In this document: positions 1 through 12,900 of the stretch, piece after piece
Position numbering within the stretch: the stretch's first letter is position 1
Layout: every line of letters starts with the position of its first letter
From: Paragordius varius
Taxonomy: Eukaryota > Animalia > Nematomorpha
Assembly (NCBI GenBank): GCA_964247055.1
Contig: OZ176054.1
Location: 3,906,001 to 3,970,000, forward strand
Reading direction: 5' to 3'
DNA length: 64,000 nt
Notes under the pieces: model-generated
Told to the model about the DNA's origin: nothing
What the model saw: only the letters and a program-made list of their open reading frames with translations
The model's database searches: none
Translations under genes and position numbers: made by a program

Positions 1-502
1 ATTTATTTGGTAATATGACTGCTGTAAAATTAGAAACCATTCATTTGAAGGGTCTAAACGTTTGGAACTTTCGGTAATTATATAATGTAACCTGCGCAAG
101 AGTATTGTATCTTCTATTTGGACCAAAAAATTATATTAAACTGACAAATTCAAAGGTCCTTATCATTCACAAAACCCGCGTTGTTTTCAATTAAATCATT
201 ATTTAAAAGTTTTCTGGAAAAGCCGAATTGCCTTCTAAAACGACAATCCTTGAGTTTGGATAGAGGCATTTAAAAAATTAAGTAGGGTTCAAACCCGAAT
301 TCGGCTCCTAAAATTTTACCAGGAACCGGCTCCGTTGGGTTAAAACCAACCTGATTCCTGTTTTCAGGCTCAAGAACCTGACTCCAATTCCAAAATTTTC
401 GGAACCGCTTTTAGACTTCTGTTTTAACCGTACATGAACCATGGGTTAGATTCATTTAAATAGTGGTTATATTTAAAAAAATAAAGATTAAGAGAAAAAA
501 GT

Positions 503-960
503 TTATTTATTTATTTTTGACTTGGTTATTAAAGAGGGGAACAATACATCAAAAATGTTGACTATGCCGCTTATTTAGACGCGTGATATGAATTAAGTTT
601 TAAGGAAAAAACATGGCTCGAAACCATTAGATGCTGTGCAAACACATTGATAAATGAGATGTTATTACTGTAAGTAAGGATATAACAAACGATTTTTAAG
701 TTAATCTCCTTCAAAAAATATATGATAATAGTCTAGATTAAAGACACCATCTATAATTTGATAAAGAGACCTTTGTTCCACAGTCAGCCAATAAAATGGA
801 AATGTAGGGAAATATACAAACTATTTACCTTGTTTAGAATCAGCTAACATTAGAATGGTTGAGCTTACCAGTAACTCGAATTTTTTTAATATATAAATTA
901 GGGATCTGAACAAACCCTTTTAAGATAAATAGATTGACCAGGGGATTGTTAATGCAATAA
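503..960 (-). mobile_element. Probable 3' end of a CR1/L2-type LINE nested in a hAT-like MITE (MITE ends ~280-470 and ~1110-1235)
   Basis: (TAAA)n tail on the minus strand at 503-517. WLTVEQR motif similar to the L2 HWLPVxQR. Flanks rich in GAACCG/AAACC repeats with roughly inverted ends. Confidence 0.35.
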
Positions 961-1984
961 TATTTTTGAAACTCAATATTTATAAAGGGTTTATTAATTG
1001 AAATAACCTGATTTGCCTTTGCACTTTTTTATATATATTTTCCAATATATGTTTGATAATTAAAATTTGGATTACTTTAATAAAAATGTTTTATGAATTT
1101 TTTTTATGAAAAGCCAGGAACCAACATAGAAACCGGATTTAAATGTTAATCGAGTCGGAAACCAGTAAACTTTCAATTTACGGGCTTAGAAACCAGCCTT
1201 TCGGTTTCATTTTTTAGGAACAACCCCGGTGTCATTCAATTTTTAAAATAAACTTAGCTCAGCTTCCAACTGTACCAGCACCACCCTTGTTACGATTCCA
1301 CTTTTTTAAATGGGTTAAACTTAAAGTAAATAAAACGCTTAATTTTAATGAGTCATCTCCTTTTATTTTATACTTTTATGCTATGCATTCATAACAAGCA
1401 ATTTTAAGACGTCCATATCGTTATAATTCCTGATATATTTGAAAGATAAATTTTTTCAAAAACGTTTATTATTTTAGTTTTATATGTATTACCTTTATGT
1501 AAACACATTTTCGATTACATTAAATAATAGTATGAAATAAATTTCTGTAATAATTAATCTACTCACAAAAACGTTTGAGTATAAATATCTTTTATAAGTC
1601 CCATTCTCAAAACAATGTTAAATATCTTTGCAAACACTGTAATCAATAATTTAAATGTAATAATACTTGAGTTAAAATTTAAGGATTCTATACGGGAAGG
1701 TAAATACAAGAATTAATTTAGCTAACGTATGAATATATTATATTTGAGGTTTAAATAAAATTATTTGCAATAATAATTTACTATTAAAAATTAGCGTTTA
1801 ATCAGGTTACAAACTCAATATAATTTATTTATTAATTTTTGACTCCAATCGCAGTTAACACATCAAATATTCTCATTTAAACCTAAATTTGGGGTATTAA
1901 AATATTCATATATTTTATAATAATTGTATCTATATTTATTTGATGCTAACATAATTACAAACATTTATTTTTTCTTAAACATAG

Positions 1985-2426
1985 TTATTTTTTTCTCGAG
2001 AATGCTAAACCCAATCCAACCATGGTCCCGATAAGTAAAGCGCCACCTCCAACAATGGCCATCCCTTTTAACCCATCTTAAAATTATTGAGTTATAAAAC
2101 CTTCTTTCATTTGTTGTTGAATTTTTTGTTGCAAATCATCTACTTGTCTATTATTTGGTTCTGCTCTCAAAATACAATTTGTGTATTTAAGAGCTTTATC
2201 GTAATTCTAAATTAATTAACAAGTTACCTTTAACTTAGTATGAACGACCGCTAGATAATAGGCATAATCACGTTTTCTTTCTGCATCATCAACAGATTTG
2301 AGCAAATCTATATTTATTTAAATATTAACCTTCTAATATGCTAGAAGCTAGCGTCCAATTTGAATTATAATCAGTATCTATCAGACTTACCGCGCGATGA
2401 AATCTTTGGTCAACATCATCTGACAT
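1985..2426 (-). CDS. FIS1: Mitochondrial fission 1 protein, 4 exons (2426-2330, 2307-2228, 2206-2101, 2076-1985), 124 aa
   Basis: Removing GT-AG introns 2308-2329 (22 nt), 2207-2227 (21 nt) and 2077-2100 (24 nt) gives MSDDVDQRFHRAVSLIDTDYNSNWTLASSILEDLLKSVDDAERKRDYAYYLAVVHTKLKNYDKALKYTNCILRAEPNNRQV...DGLKGMAIVGGGALLIGTMVGLGLAFSRKK*. This matches the FIS1 TPR motifs (RDYxYYLAV, YxKALKY, EPxNxQ) and the tail anchor GMAIVGG. Not in the ORF track. Confidence 0.93.
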
Positions 2427-2458
2427 TTTATCACGTCATATATAAGAATGATGTAAAA

Positions 2459-3260
2459 TCTATAAAAATGTAAAATGCTGCTAAGTGCACAAAAATAATT
2501 TTTTGAATCTAATTTTTATCACAAGTTTTGAGACGTTTAATGGGGATTCCCGGTATTTCCTGTTAAAAGGCAAAAATTTAGTGGTGTGTTTTTTTTATAT
2601 TGGCTGCTGGGTAAGGAGATGCTCGCTAATTTAAAATAGCTTGCCTTTGGGGCTAAATTTCAGAAAACCTATCAGGCTAGATGAGTTCAATAGGTGCTTA
2701 AAATATTACCCGCAAGGCAAAAAATAAGTCGTGTGGTTTTTTAGTTATTAATTAGGCCCTTCACGTTCTGAAAAATGCGCCTCCATAAATTGATTTTTTA
2801 GTTTTGAAGCAATTTTTAAAAAAATAATGAGAGCATATGAATTAAATCATGATTCCAGATATCCGTAAAAACGCAAAAATTTTATTCAAGTGCTTTTTTT
2901 GTATCAGCCTCTGGGTAGGGAGCTAACCGCCTAAAACTGAGCCGCCATATCTCGAAATTACGTTGTTTAGCAGATTTTTTAAACCTATCAGGCCATATTA
3001 ATAAGGGCCTAAAATACTACCCTAAAAAGGCAAAAATTTAAGGGGAACGGTTTTTCTAAATTAGCCGTTAATTAAGCCCTTTACGCCCTAAAAAATACGC
3101 TATCATTGAACTATTATTTAGTGAAGCCATTCTCCCAAAAAGTATTAAAAGCATTTGGAATGAATGAGAATTTCAGGTATTCCCCCAAGGAAAGTTTTTT
3201 TATCAAACGTCTTTTAATATTGGTCTCATAGGGGGTACCCGCCTACAACTTCGGCGACCT
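2459..3260 (+). mobile_element. Internally deleted copy of the same Helitron with about 5 array monomers; further fragment at ~3930-4055
   Basis: Starts A|TCTATAAAAATGTAAAATGCTG (cf. TCTATATATTTATAAAATGGAAAATGCTG). From ~2490 it is the reverse complement of 31400-32030. No clear 3' CTAG/hairpin. Confidence 0.65.
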
Positions 3261-3408
3261 ATCGATAAAGAGTGATTTTGGAATTTTAGAAAACTTTTCA
3301 GGCTGTTTAGGAAATGAATCCTACCTCCAAAAAGGTAAAAATTTATGTTAAGCAGTTTTATTATATTAACCCTTAACACTTGGATACAACACATTCATAG
3401 TCCTTAAA

Positions 3409-3918
3409 TTCAAATTGGAGTAGTTGGATACCCCAGGCCTGTTTAAAAGTAGATACTTAAAAAAATATGAAGGAATCAAAACCATGGCAATGATTTGCAC
3501 TTATATAACATTTATAAACCAACTATATAAAAAAATTTATTCAAAAATCCTTGAGATTACTTGTTTTAATTCAAAACCATAAGGTAAAAATTTAGTCAAC
3601 TTAACATGTGTGCATTAGCTAATTGAAAAATAATAATAAAAAACCACTTTTTCTTTTATCAATGTTAGATGCAACTTAGCTGTAATTTTACCTTCAAAAT
3701 TAAATGAACACGATATTTTGCAAAAAAAATTGTAAAATAAAAATGGCGTCGAAGTAGTTCGACATGGAACTTTTTTACAAAATTCAATCTAGATATTTTA
3801 GCTTTCTTATTAAATTTTTATTAGGATAGAAGCATAAATTTAAATTGGGACAGTTTCCATCGGTAGTTTTAAAAATATTAATTTCAATTTAGTTTGGGGT
3901 ATTTAGATATCTCAATTT
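3409..3918. mobile_element. ~510-bp TIR MITE (family B), copy 1
   Basis: Direct-repeat homolog of 18244-18753. Imperfect TIR like TCAAATTGG(G/A)..AGCTAAATACCCC. Confidence 0.6.
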
Positions 3919-4484
3919 AAATCAAAGTGTTAATTAAACCCTTGCCCTAAAAAATGCGCCACCATAGAGACTTTTTGTTTTGGGGCAATTTTTCGAAAAT
4001 CCCACGAGAGCGTATGGATTCAATCATGATTCCAGGTTAGGGGGCTACCCGCGTATTAATATATTATATAGGAATTTTATATGTGTGTAAGTCAAACCTC
4101 TTAACTCCATAAGGACCAAATTATACATGTCTTTTTTATTATTTATATACCCGATATCACAAATAAAGTTTTTTTGCACGTTATGTTTTTTATACTAAAC
4201 TCATTGCTGAAATAATTTTTTGTAAATATTGTTTAAATATGGTGTGCTTGGGGCCTTTATACCCTTAAACCCCCTCAACAGTATGTTTTAAGGCTATTTT
4301 TCTCCAAATTTATGAGATCACACCCGTATACAGGCAAAAAACCTGCCCTCTAGTAAGTATATAAAAATTCCCATAGGTTAAAAATTATGGATAAAATTGT
4401 AAGCTTTCAGATCATAGGTTTTAAATCTAATTGAGGAAAATATTTAGCATAAAAGTTCAGCAATCCCATAAACAATGTGTATAT

Positions 4485-5930
4485 TAACATTTACATACCG
4501 TTTGCAGTGCACAAAATATAAAATTTTCCTGATAAAATGCATTAGATCAGGGGTGTCCCGCACAAATGGCTTCGCCGGCTCCAAATGGGGTCGAAAAATC
4601 GGAGGCCGCATTCGCACAATATATGGCAATCAAAAATTTTATTATATTTAAAACATAGGACTGTCAAAACTAGTAATTATTTGAACATGTTTTGTTAGTT
4701 CATTGCTGAAATTCGGAATGACTATTCATAACATTTGTTTAAAAAAATCATCCCTCGATATAAAATAATCGCAAACACAGTGTAAAAAATCGGGGTCTAG
4801 AAAAATATCTTGATTAAATAAATATATTCTAATAGAAAAATATATCAAGATAATGATGGTGTTTTAGGTTTTGGCCCTTATGAATGATACAAATATTATT
4901 TACTTTTACTAATGGATCCAAATCAAAAAATGGCAGAATTTGACCCCATTTTTCGTAATATTTTTTTTTGATGTAAGCTAAATGCCTCATTCCAAAAAAT
5001 ATCATATGTTAAACTTCCTATAAAAAGCAAAACAAAATTTTTATATTCTAATTTTTACATGTAGGCTTCGAAGTTCAAAATTTTTTTTGCACTTCTAAAA
5101 CGGGCTAGTTTTTTTTAAATAATCGCAAAAATAGCGGGATTGCGCGATAAAAATTTTAGATATGTGCTATTTTTTAACCTCAAAAAAATATTTTTTAAGA
5201 AATTCATGCTTTCAAAAATTTAATTTTTAGCGAAGTTTTGTTGAAGATTACTGCTTACTACTTTAGTCATAATGAAAACGGTTACTTTTTCGAATTTGAT
5301 GATGCTGAACATTTCTATTGCCTAATTTAAATTTAATGGTTCTTTTACTTTCAAATTTTGGTGTTTTTATATATACCTTATATTTGACATAAATTTAAAG
5401 ACAAACGAAAATTTTAATATAAGTTTTGAGGTGATAGAATGAGCATCATCAAATTATTTAGAAAAAGTGTTTTAATATTAAAAAGCGTTTTTATATCGTT
5501 CTCTCATGAAATATTATATTTTAAGAAAAAGCATGCATTTTTTAAAAAATATTTTTTGAGGTCAAAATATAGCATATATTTAAAAATTTTATCGCACAAT
5601 CCCTACATTTTTGCGTTTATTTTAAAAATAGCCCTTTTTAGAAGCGCAAAAAAATTTGAGACTTTGGAGCTTACATGTAAAAATTAAAATATTAAATATT
5701 GTTTTGTTTTTATAAGTAGTTTATCATGTGATATTGTTGGAATGAAGCATTTGCTTCATCAAAAATTTTCCAAAAAATGTTCTCAAATATTGCCATTTTC
5801 TGATACCAAGCACTTGCCACAAAAGTGAAAATAATTTTCTTTTTATAACTCGTACCCACAACCAAAAGCACCATGAAGTTCCTGCATCATGGAATATATA
5901 TATTTTATCATAATATTTTTTTGTGCACAA
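4485..5930. mobile_element. Long palindromic MITE (family A), arms ~4855-5270 / ~5490-5880, with a probable hAT-MITE insertion at ~4549-4830
   Basis: Diverged inverted arms (e.g. GCACTTCTAAAACGGGCTAG vs TAGCCCTTTTTAGAAGCGC). Termini GTGCACAAAA. CAGGGGTGTCC hAT-like start at 4549. Confidence 0.65.
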
Positions 5931-6559
5931 TTACATTTGACTCGACATAGACCATGGACTTTACTTTGTGGAGTATCACAACCCTGTTTTTACGGTTATT
6001 TTAAGTCAAATATTGCTTTTATATACCTAACACGGCAAAATTAACATTTCTATTAGCTTTAACACACCTAACATGAGTCATTTATTTATGTATGGAGCTA
6101 TCATCAATCCAACCTCCGATGTGTCTCCCCGCTCTGAAGCTCAATGCGTTACGGGTGGGTAGGAAATGCCTTCACGGCAGGTGGCCCGAAGATCGTGCGA
6201 CACACCCTTTACTTGTTCATTTAAAATTACATGTAAAGGAAGTTTTTTCATATTATCATTTTAAGTATGATATATATGCAATAAAAATTGGAATTATACG
6301 GAACCTCTAAAATATAAGAACAAATAATTTTTTTCTAAAGGACAACCATACTTTTAATAATCTTGATTTTTTAAATTATGACCCATTGTTTAAAATTGCA
6401 ACTAAGATGTATTTTGGTAACACAATCAATTCTATATTTTACAGTGATAATTAAAAGTATTTTTGTCTTTTGAAAAAAATATTTATCTTTTATTTTTACG
6501 TTTTTCCGTATAATTCCAATTTTTACTATATAATGGGTGGATTTTTTAATAAACGCAAA

Positions 6560-7450
6560 AATACCGATCTTTGAGCGATACAAATTAATTATATGCTAAG
6601 ATTTTGATTTTTTAAAAAAGCATGCTTTCTTCCCAAAATTCAATGTTTAGCAATTTGTTGAAGCGTATTTCTTATTTAGGCATATTGGAAACGGTATTAA
6701 TGATTTTAGAATATTATTAAAACCTGTTTTCTATATAATTCAATAATGCTGAACATTTATCATCTTTTCCTCTTCAAATTTGTTAAATAATTGTGTTTTT
6801 TACAAAAATTTACTAAAATTTGAAAGCAAACGAATCTAAATTAAAAATTCCGAGATAGAAACGTTCAGCATCAATGAATAATCAAGAAATGCTTTAATAA
6901 TATTATAAAATGTTTTTGAACTGTTTCCATTATGCCTAAAATATGAGATATCCTTCAACAAAATATGACTATAAATTAAATTTTTGAAAAAATTATACAT
7001 TTTTAAAACCTTTTAATTGAATAAAATTTAGCATTTGTTTTAAATTTTAATCGCTCAATCTCGGCATTTTTGCTATTTCAAGAAAACTAGCCCATTTTAA
7101 AAGCGCCAAAAAATAGGAATTTTGGAGCCCTCATCAAATTATTTTTTTGTAAAGCTTTTTATATGTAGTTTGAGATATCTTTTAGCGATGTTTTTTGGAA
7201 TGAAGCATTAACCTTTCGCCAAATTTTTTTTAAAAATGCGCAAATTTTGCCATTTTCTGATATGAGGCATTTTCCAAGTGTAAATAACTTTCTTACACTT
7301 GTAATGACCAAAATCAAAAGCACGATGATAATCCTGATACATATCCCCAGAATTTATATATATTTCATCCAAAATATTTTTGCGCTCCCGATTTCGGACG
7401 CATTGTAAAAAAACGATCTGATAATATCTCACTACATTTTGCACACAATA
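6560..7450. mobile_element. Family A copy with a truncated left arm
   Basis: Shares AAAACTAGCCC..AAAAGCGC, TTTTGGAATGAAGCAT and TTTTGCCATTTTCTGATA with 5620-5900. A fragment also lies at ~19420-19700. Confidence 0.6.
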
Positions 7451-8196
7451 TTTTGGAATAATTGGTGAAACACATATAATGATTATATTGTGTAATTATG
7501 TGACAGTCACTTTTTAAAATCTAATAAAATATTTATTAATGCCCATGTGTTTACTATAATTATTAAATGCGGCCCTTATAGCTCAAAATATGGCCGCTGG
7601 AACCTGTTATATGCATATATATAATTTCGGGGTTCCCAAAAACGATACCAATTCCCCCATCTTTAGTATTTACCTATCATTAAATTGAAATATGTGCTAT
7701 AAAGTTTATAATTTTGCGAATATTAAATTTAAACGGATACATATATTATTTAGAATATCTATACATGATAATCATTTATTAATGTATAAATGCAAATGCA
7801 TCATTTCGATATCTTTATTAACATTTTAATGTATTAATCGAAAGAAAGTGTCATGGAATAACAGCTAAGCACATAAGCAAATATTTAATAAAAAATGCCC
7901 ATTGTTGACAATTAATTGTGGTTATAAAGGAATTGGCTAAAAAATATAATAAAATATTGCACATAACGATGAGATATGTTACATCATATATAATAACTTG
8001 TGTTTAATACTATTATTTAATAGTTCATGCTGTTTGGTAAAGTTCTTATAAAAAATTATATGATCTTGGTCATTTATCACGAATAAAAATACATTAAAGC
8101 GCTGAGTTTAAATAGTATGAAATTTAATATGTTTTCTCCATTACATCATTCATCCAAATTTTCATTGTTACTTTCATCATTATATCTGTCAATACT

Positions 8197-9910
8197 TTAA
8201 ACAAATGTGTTTCTGGACCATATCCTTTTGAGGCCATTAGAAATCAACGACTAAAATTTATAGTGAAAAATTACTTAAAAAGTCATTTTTAGCAAAAATA
8301 AGATTAAATTTTTTCATTAAAAATAAAAGCAAATAAGAATTAAAAAATAAATATACAGTATGAAAAGATAATTACACTTTTTGAACCTAGATTTTTCCTA
8401 CATAAAATAGATAATTACAATTTTAAACTATAAGATGGGTTTGGGAACAATTTACATTACTATACTTTATATTGCGATGAATTATATTTAAAAAAATCAA
8501 GACATATTTGTTTTTCAGGTTTTACGTTTTGTCTGATAATTTTTTTTACTGTAATTTATCTCAATAATCAATAATAAATTTCAATACTAACCTTAACATT
8601 CTCACTACTATTATTTAGCAAAGTGAATGAATTGGTAAGACTTAAAGGTGAAAATGCGCTATTATTGCCATTTTCTCTCCATCCACTTAGGCTAAAACTT
8701 TTACTCATGCTTAAGGGTTGGAAAGAGGTTTTTCGGATAAACGAATTAAATACATTTTGTCCCGTTATTAAATTTTTATTATCATTTATATTATTATTGC
8801 TGTCATGTAATATACGATTACGTGATGAATCCAAGCATTTTTGATATCTAACATATAATATATGTAAAAATTATAGTAAATTTATCCATATACTAAATAT
8901 AAAAAATATTATAAAAAAAAAATTCTTATAATTTTTATACCGAAGTCTACAAGCAGCCTCTAGTGTTTTGCAGAGCAAGGCAGCCGAAGGTTCACAAAAT
9001 AAAACTTGACATACAAATATTTCGGGATCGGCCGTTAATAAGGAGTTATTATCTAATAGTAGAAATAAATTTTAAACATAAATGGATTGGTTAATGACTT
9101 TATTACTCTTATAAAAAAATTATAAAAAATCTGTAAATTAAAATTATACAAAAAAATTTATTTTAAAACAATTAATTAACATTTTAATATCATCTTTCGG
9201 GTTATTTATCCCCAAACACAGTTTACATTACGTTAGAGTATGGTAAAAAACAACAAACGGTTGCAATCAAATAATTTTCTTCTAGATTTTACTATTTTCA
9301 TATTTAACTATGGACAAACTATTTTTTACACAGCATACGCTACGGTAAAATTATTATTAAAAAGAAAACACGAAAATTCTATTTAAACCACTCACCCATT
9401 ACTTCACCGTTGACCATATGTATATTAGCGTCTTTTGAAACGGAATGTTTAACATCATTATTAAAATTATTATGGCTATTTAGCTGAGTTCTTATATCTC
9501 TAACTATGAACCCACAGCCACGGATATCGTGAGCCCAAACGCCCAGGAATGATAAATAACGGACGCGGAATGTATGTAAAAGTTCTAAATATGGCTCAAC
9601 CTCATTATGAACAGTATTCTCATCATTTTCATTACAATTTATATTATTGATAGCAACAGGCTTGAGTTCGTTACAATCTATGTTGAAATGTTCATTAACA
9701 GGTTCGGTATTAAGACCTTTATCAAATGTAACAATAAGCAAATTTTAAAGTATGAAATATAATTATAAAAATATATAGAAGGGTAAATATGTTTTGCAAA
9801 AAAATGAGAATCGGTATGATATTGGACATTGATTTATAATTTTTGGAAAATATAATATTTAATTTAAAAGTTCTTTTTTTAAAGGATTTTTTGATGTAGT
9901 TTTCAAACCA

Positions 9911-9949
<39 letters not shown>

Positions 9950-12900
9950 TAGTAAAAATAAAATAATATTTTTATGTATTTATACTAATTGGTCATTGAT
10001 TCAAAAATTTATGACTAATTTAGTGATCACAATGATTAGGTTTAAATATGGTTGATAATTATTTCAATCAATAAATTTATTGACCAAACCTAACCTATGA
10101 ATTATTGATATTTTTAGCCATAAATGAATCAAATATAAGATTCTTTATGTTATATATATAAAATATACCGTTTAATGTATTATCAAACATACCTATAAAC
10201 TGCTCATTGTCCTCCCTCATATTATCTTTGTTTTCGATGTTTATTGAATGTTTATTATTAGTTTCATTTGATTCTGAGTCTATATTTTCTTTCTATAAGA
10301 GTATATATAATAGAGATTAATAGCCGCATATCTGATTAAATAAAAAATTTAAAAGATGGAAAATTGAATTTTTGAAAATATATTTACTGTCATTTACGGA
10401 ACGTGAACATGTATTAATAATATTAGACAACAAGTTTTGACTTTTATGTGCCATTCTTGTAAATTTAAAATTTAATTCATTAAAGTTACATAAATATTAT
10501 TATCTGAAAATGATATTGGTCTAAGACCTAAGAATTTTTAAGTTTTACCGAAAATTTTTGGCCCCGATTTCACATTAAACTCGAAATTTTAGAAATTAAT
10601 TAGATATTGAGCCATGTATTTTATATCATTCGAAAGAGCGCAAAAAACTGTATATTTCGAATGGTGGTTGGTCATTTAAATCACTCTGTTGGGTTATGAT
10701 CAAAATTTTCAACCCTTGAATGAATCAAAATTTTTTACAGACAAACTATTTAAAAATTATATAAATTATTTTAATATAATTATGGTTAGATTAGTAAAAA
10801 ATTTAAAAAAATTAGGAGAAAGCTTTTGGTTTGCTTTTTAATAAAAAAATTATTAATATCCAAATTATTTTACCTAGATGATACTAAAATGCATAGTTAT
10901 AACTGTAAATTTATAACATAATGGCTATAAAAGACCAAGAATACCTTCTATATTGCTAGTCTTTGATATTTAAAAAATTAGAAGCCTTCTATAGAAAATA
11001 ATTAATATAGATGTGTTGGTATTTTTTTCAACAAAAAATCAAAAATGGCTGTTTTGTATGACATAAAAACAATAAATAAGTGTTATAATCAAAACACTTT
11101 CTTCTATAATCTTTTTTACACATTTATTGCCATCAACACCAAGTTTGAGTTATTTTCATCCATTAGTATTAAAAATGTATTAATTAAGAAAAACGCTCCA
11201 GCTTCGCGAGTTTGTCGTTTCCTACGTCCAATATTAACTATCGATGCAAAACATGTTAGTATGCATTTTATAGAGTTTAATTACTCTTTTTAATAATATT
11301 TACAGCATTTCTTGTATACTTTAAAAGACATTTTTTAGTTTTGATAAAGATTAGGTTAATTATAATTTTTATTTCAAATTTACTGTTAATGATAGTAAAT
11401 ATCAAAAAATGCAAAAAACTAGATTGGCAGAAAAATTTGTTGTCTAGTGTAAATTAAACTCAGTTTTTTCGACCTTTTTTCATTGGCCTACTCAGGACTA
11501 GGATAATGAAAAATGCAATCACACATATGTGTAAATTTAACATAAAAGTGTTTTTTTTTCAAAGAATTAATTTGGATAAAAATTCCTAGAACATAAAAAA
11601 TTTGGATATCTTAAGAAAATTAGATATATTATTACAATTTTTTCCTAAAAAACCAATATAAATTAGGACATACAGGAGTAACAATTTTGTAGATTGATAT
11701 ACATGATGGTGATATTTTTACAATAACAGGCATCCAAGTACAAATCGGCATTTGTTCATACACTCTATCAATGGCTTCATTAAGGATATTCATGCCTAAA
11801 AAATATTAAATAACTTTCTTTACCTCCAAATATTGATATATTTTTTAAAAACAGATATATTTAGATTCAAGCTTCAACTCAAAAGTCAATATTCTTTAAG
11901 GAACTCTATTGTAATTAATGATTTAATTAATTATAAAACAGACAAACTAAAAGATGCTTAAATTAAAAAATTTATTAAAATTAAAAAATACCAGATGGTT
12001 TAGAAACTTTAATTTCGCCAAGGTAAAGCGCACGTAACATTTTGTACGGTTCTTCAATGGGTGTTGGAAAACATTTCACTAAAAAAATGGCATATATTAT
12101 TTAAAATTAATTATAATAAGGTGTTATACAAAATCTAAATAATTAAATTTTATTTTATACAGTTCTTTTATTTAAAATTAAATATAAAATTATCGAAAAC
12201 AACTATATGCGTATATTAATAAAAACTTGGAATGCTATAGGGATTTTTCAAAATAATTTTGGCCAATGTGTTATAGGAGGTTTATAAATATTATATCGTA
12301 TATAAAAATTTTACCTTTATTAAGGTTCATAATAAAATTAAAAGAATGATGTTAAATAAAAGTTTATGATACTTGATTCCAAAAATCCAATATCAATAGG
12401 GGATAAAGCTGTAATTAAAGGTGGTGTTAAAGTTAAATTTTGTGGTCGCTGTTTTCCAGTTAAAGCCATTGTGGATACGGAGTTTTTCATATCTCTGCAA
12501 ATGTTTCATAAATAATTTTAAACCATAAAAATATTTAACCAGCTAGTTAAGTCAAAAAACACTTACATATTGGTTACATTCATATCCTTTCCCTCTAAAT
12601 TATTATTACAACCATTCTTCTCATGGGATTTAGCTGTAGTAGAATTCAATTTTAAATCATTAGGATTAATATTATGGCTATTCGTCATTGACAAAGTTTT
12701 ATTACTCCTTTCTATCATGAGTCTTTTACAAGCCATTTTTAGGGCATTCGCTATGCTATGAGGTGAACAAGATTGAGATGTGTTATTTACTTCACATCGA
12801 AACACATAACATATATATCTTGGCTTATTTTTTGTGCCAAATTCATTCTCGTTAAGTATGATGCTTTGGTCGCGTAGTAAAGTAGTTTTTGAACTTTGTT

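Noticed and set aside
1-270. Coding-like patch at the window start (ETIHLKGLN on +; FRRQFGFSRKLL on -)
   Set aside because: Faint resemblance to NCBP3 or a Harbinger transposase, but too short and interrupted to support either.
1240-1900. Possible small gene between the MITE and FIS1 (LAQLPTVPAPPLL on +, KWNRNKGGAGTVGS* on -, several GT-AG 22-30-mers)
   Set aside because: I could not build a stop-free spliced frame or recognise a family; unresolved.
2436-2438. TGA reassignment or a non-standard genetic code (all six inferred genes end in TAA; in-frame TGA upstream of FIS1)
   Set aside because: The conserved Trp positions I checked use TGG and no reconstructed exon needs an internal stop. 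TAA bias is expected from AT richness.
3203-7444. Short ORF-track ORFs here and at 15731, 18104, 19026, 31520-32389, 35643-36971, 42127-42385, 49313-49892, 57031, 58504-60729 and 62829
   Set aside because: They are F/I/K/L/Y-rich chance frames in AT-rich introns or repeats, or antisense shadows of real exons; none shows a protein motif.
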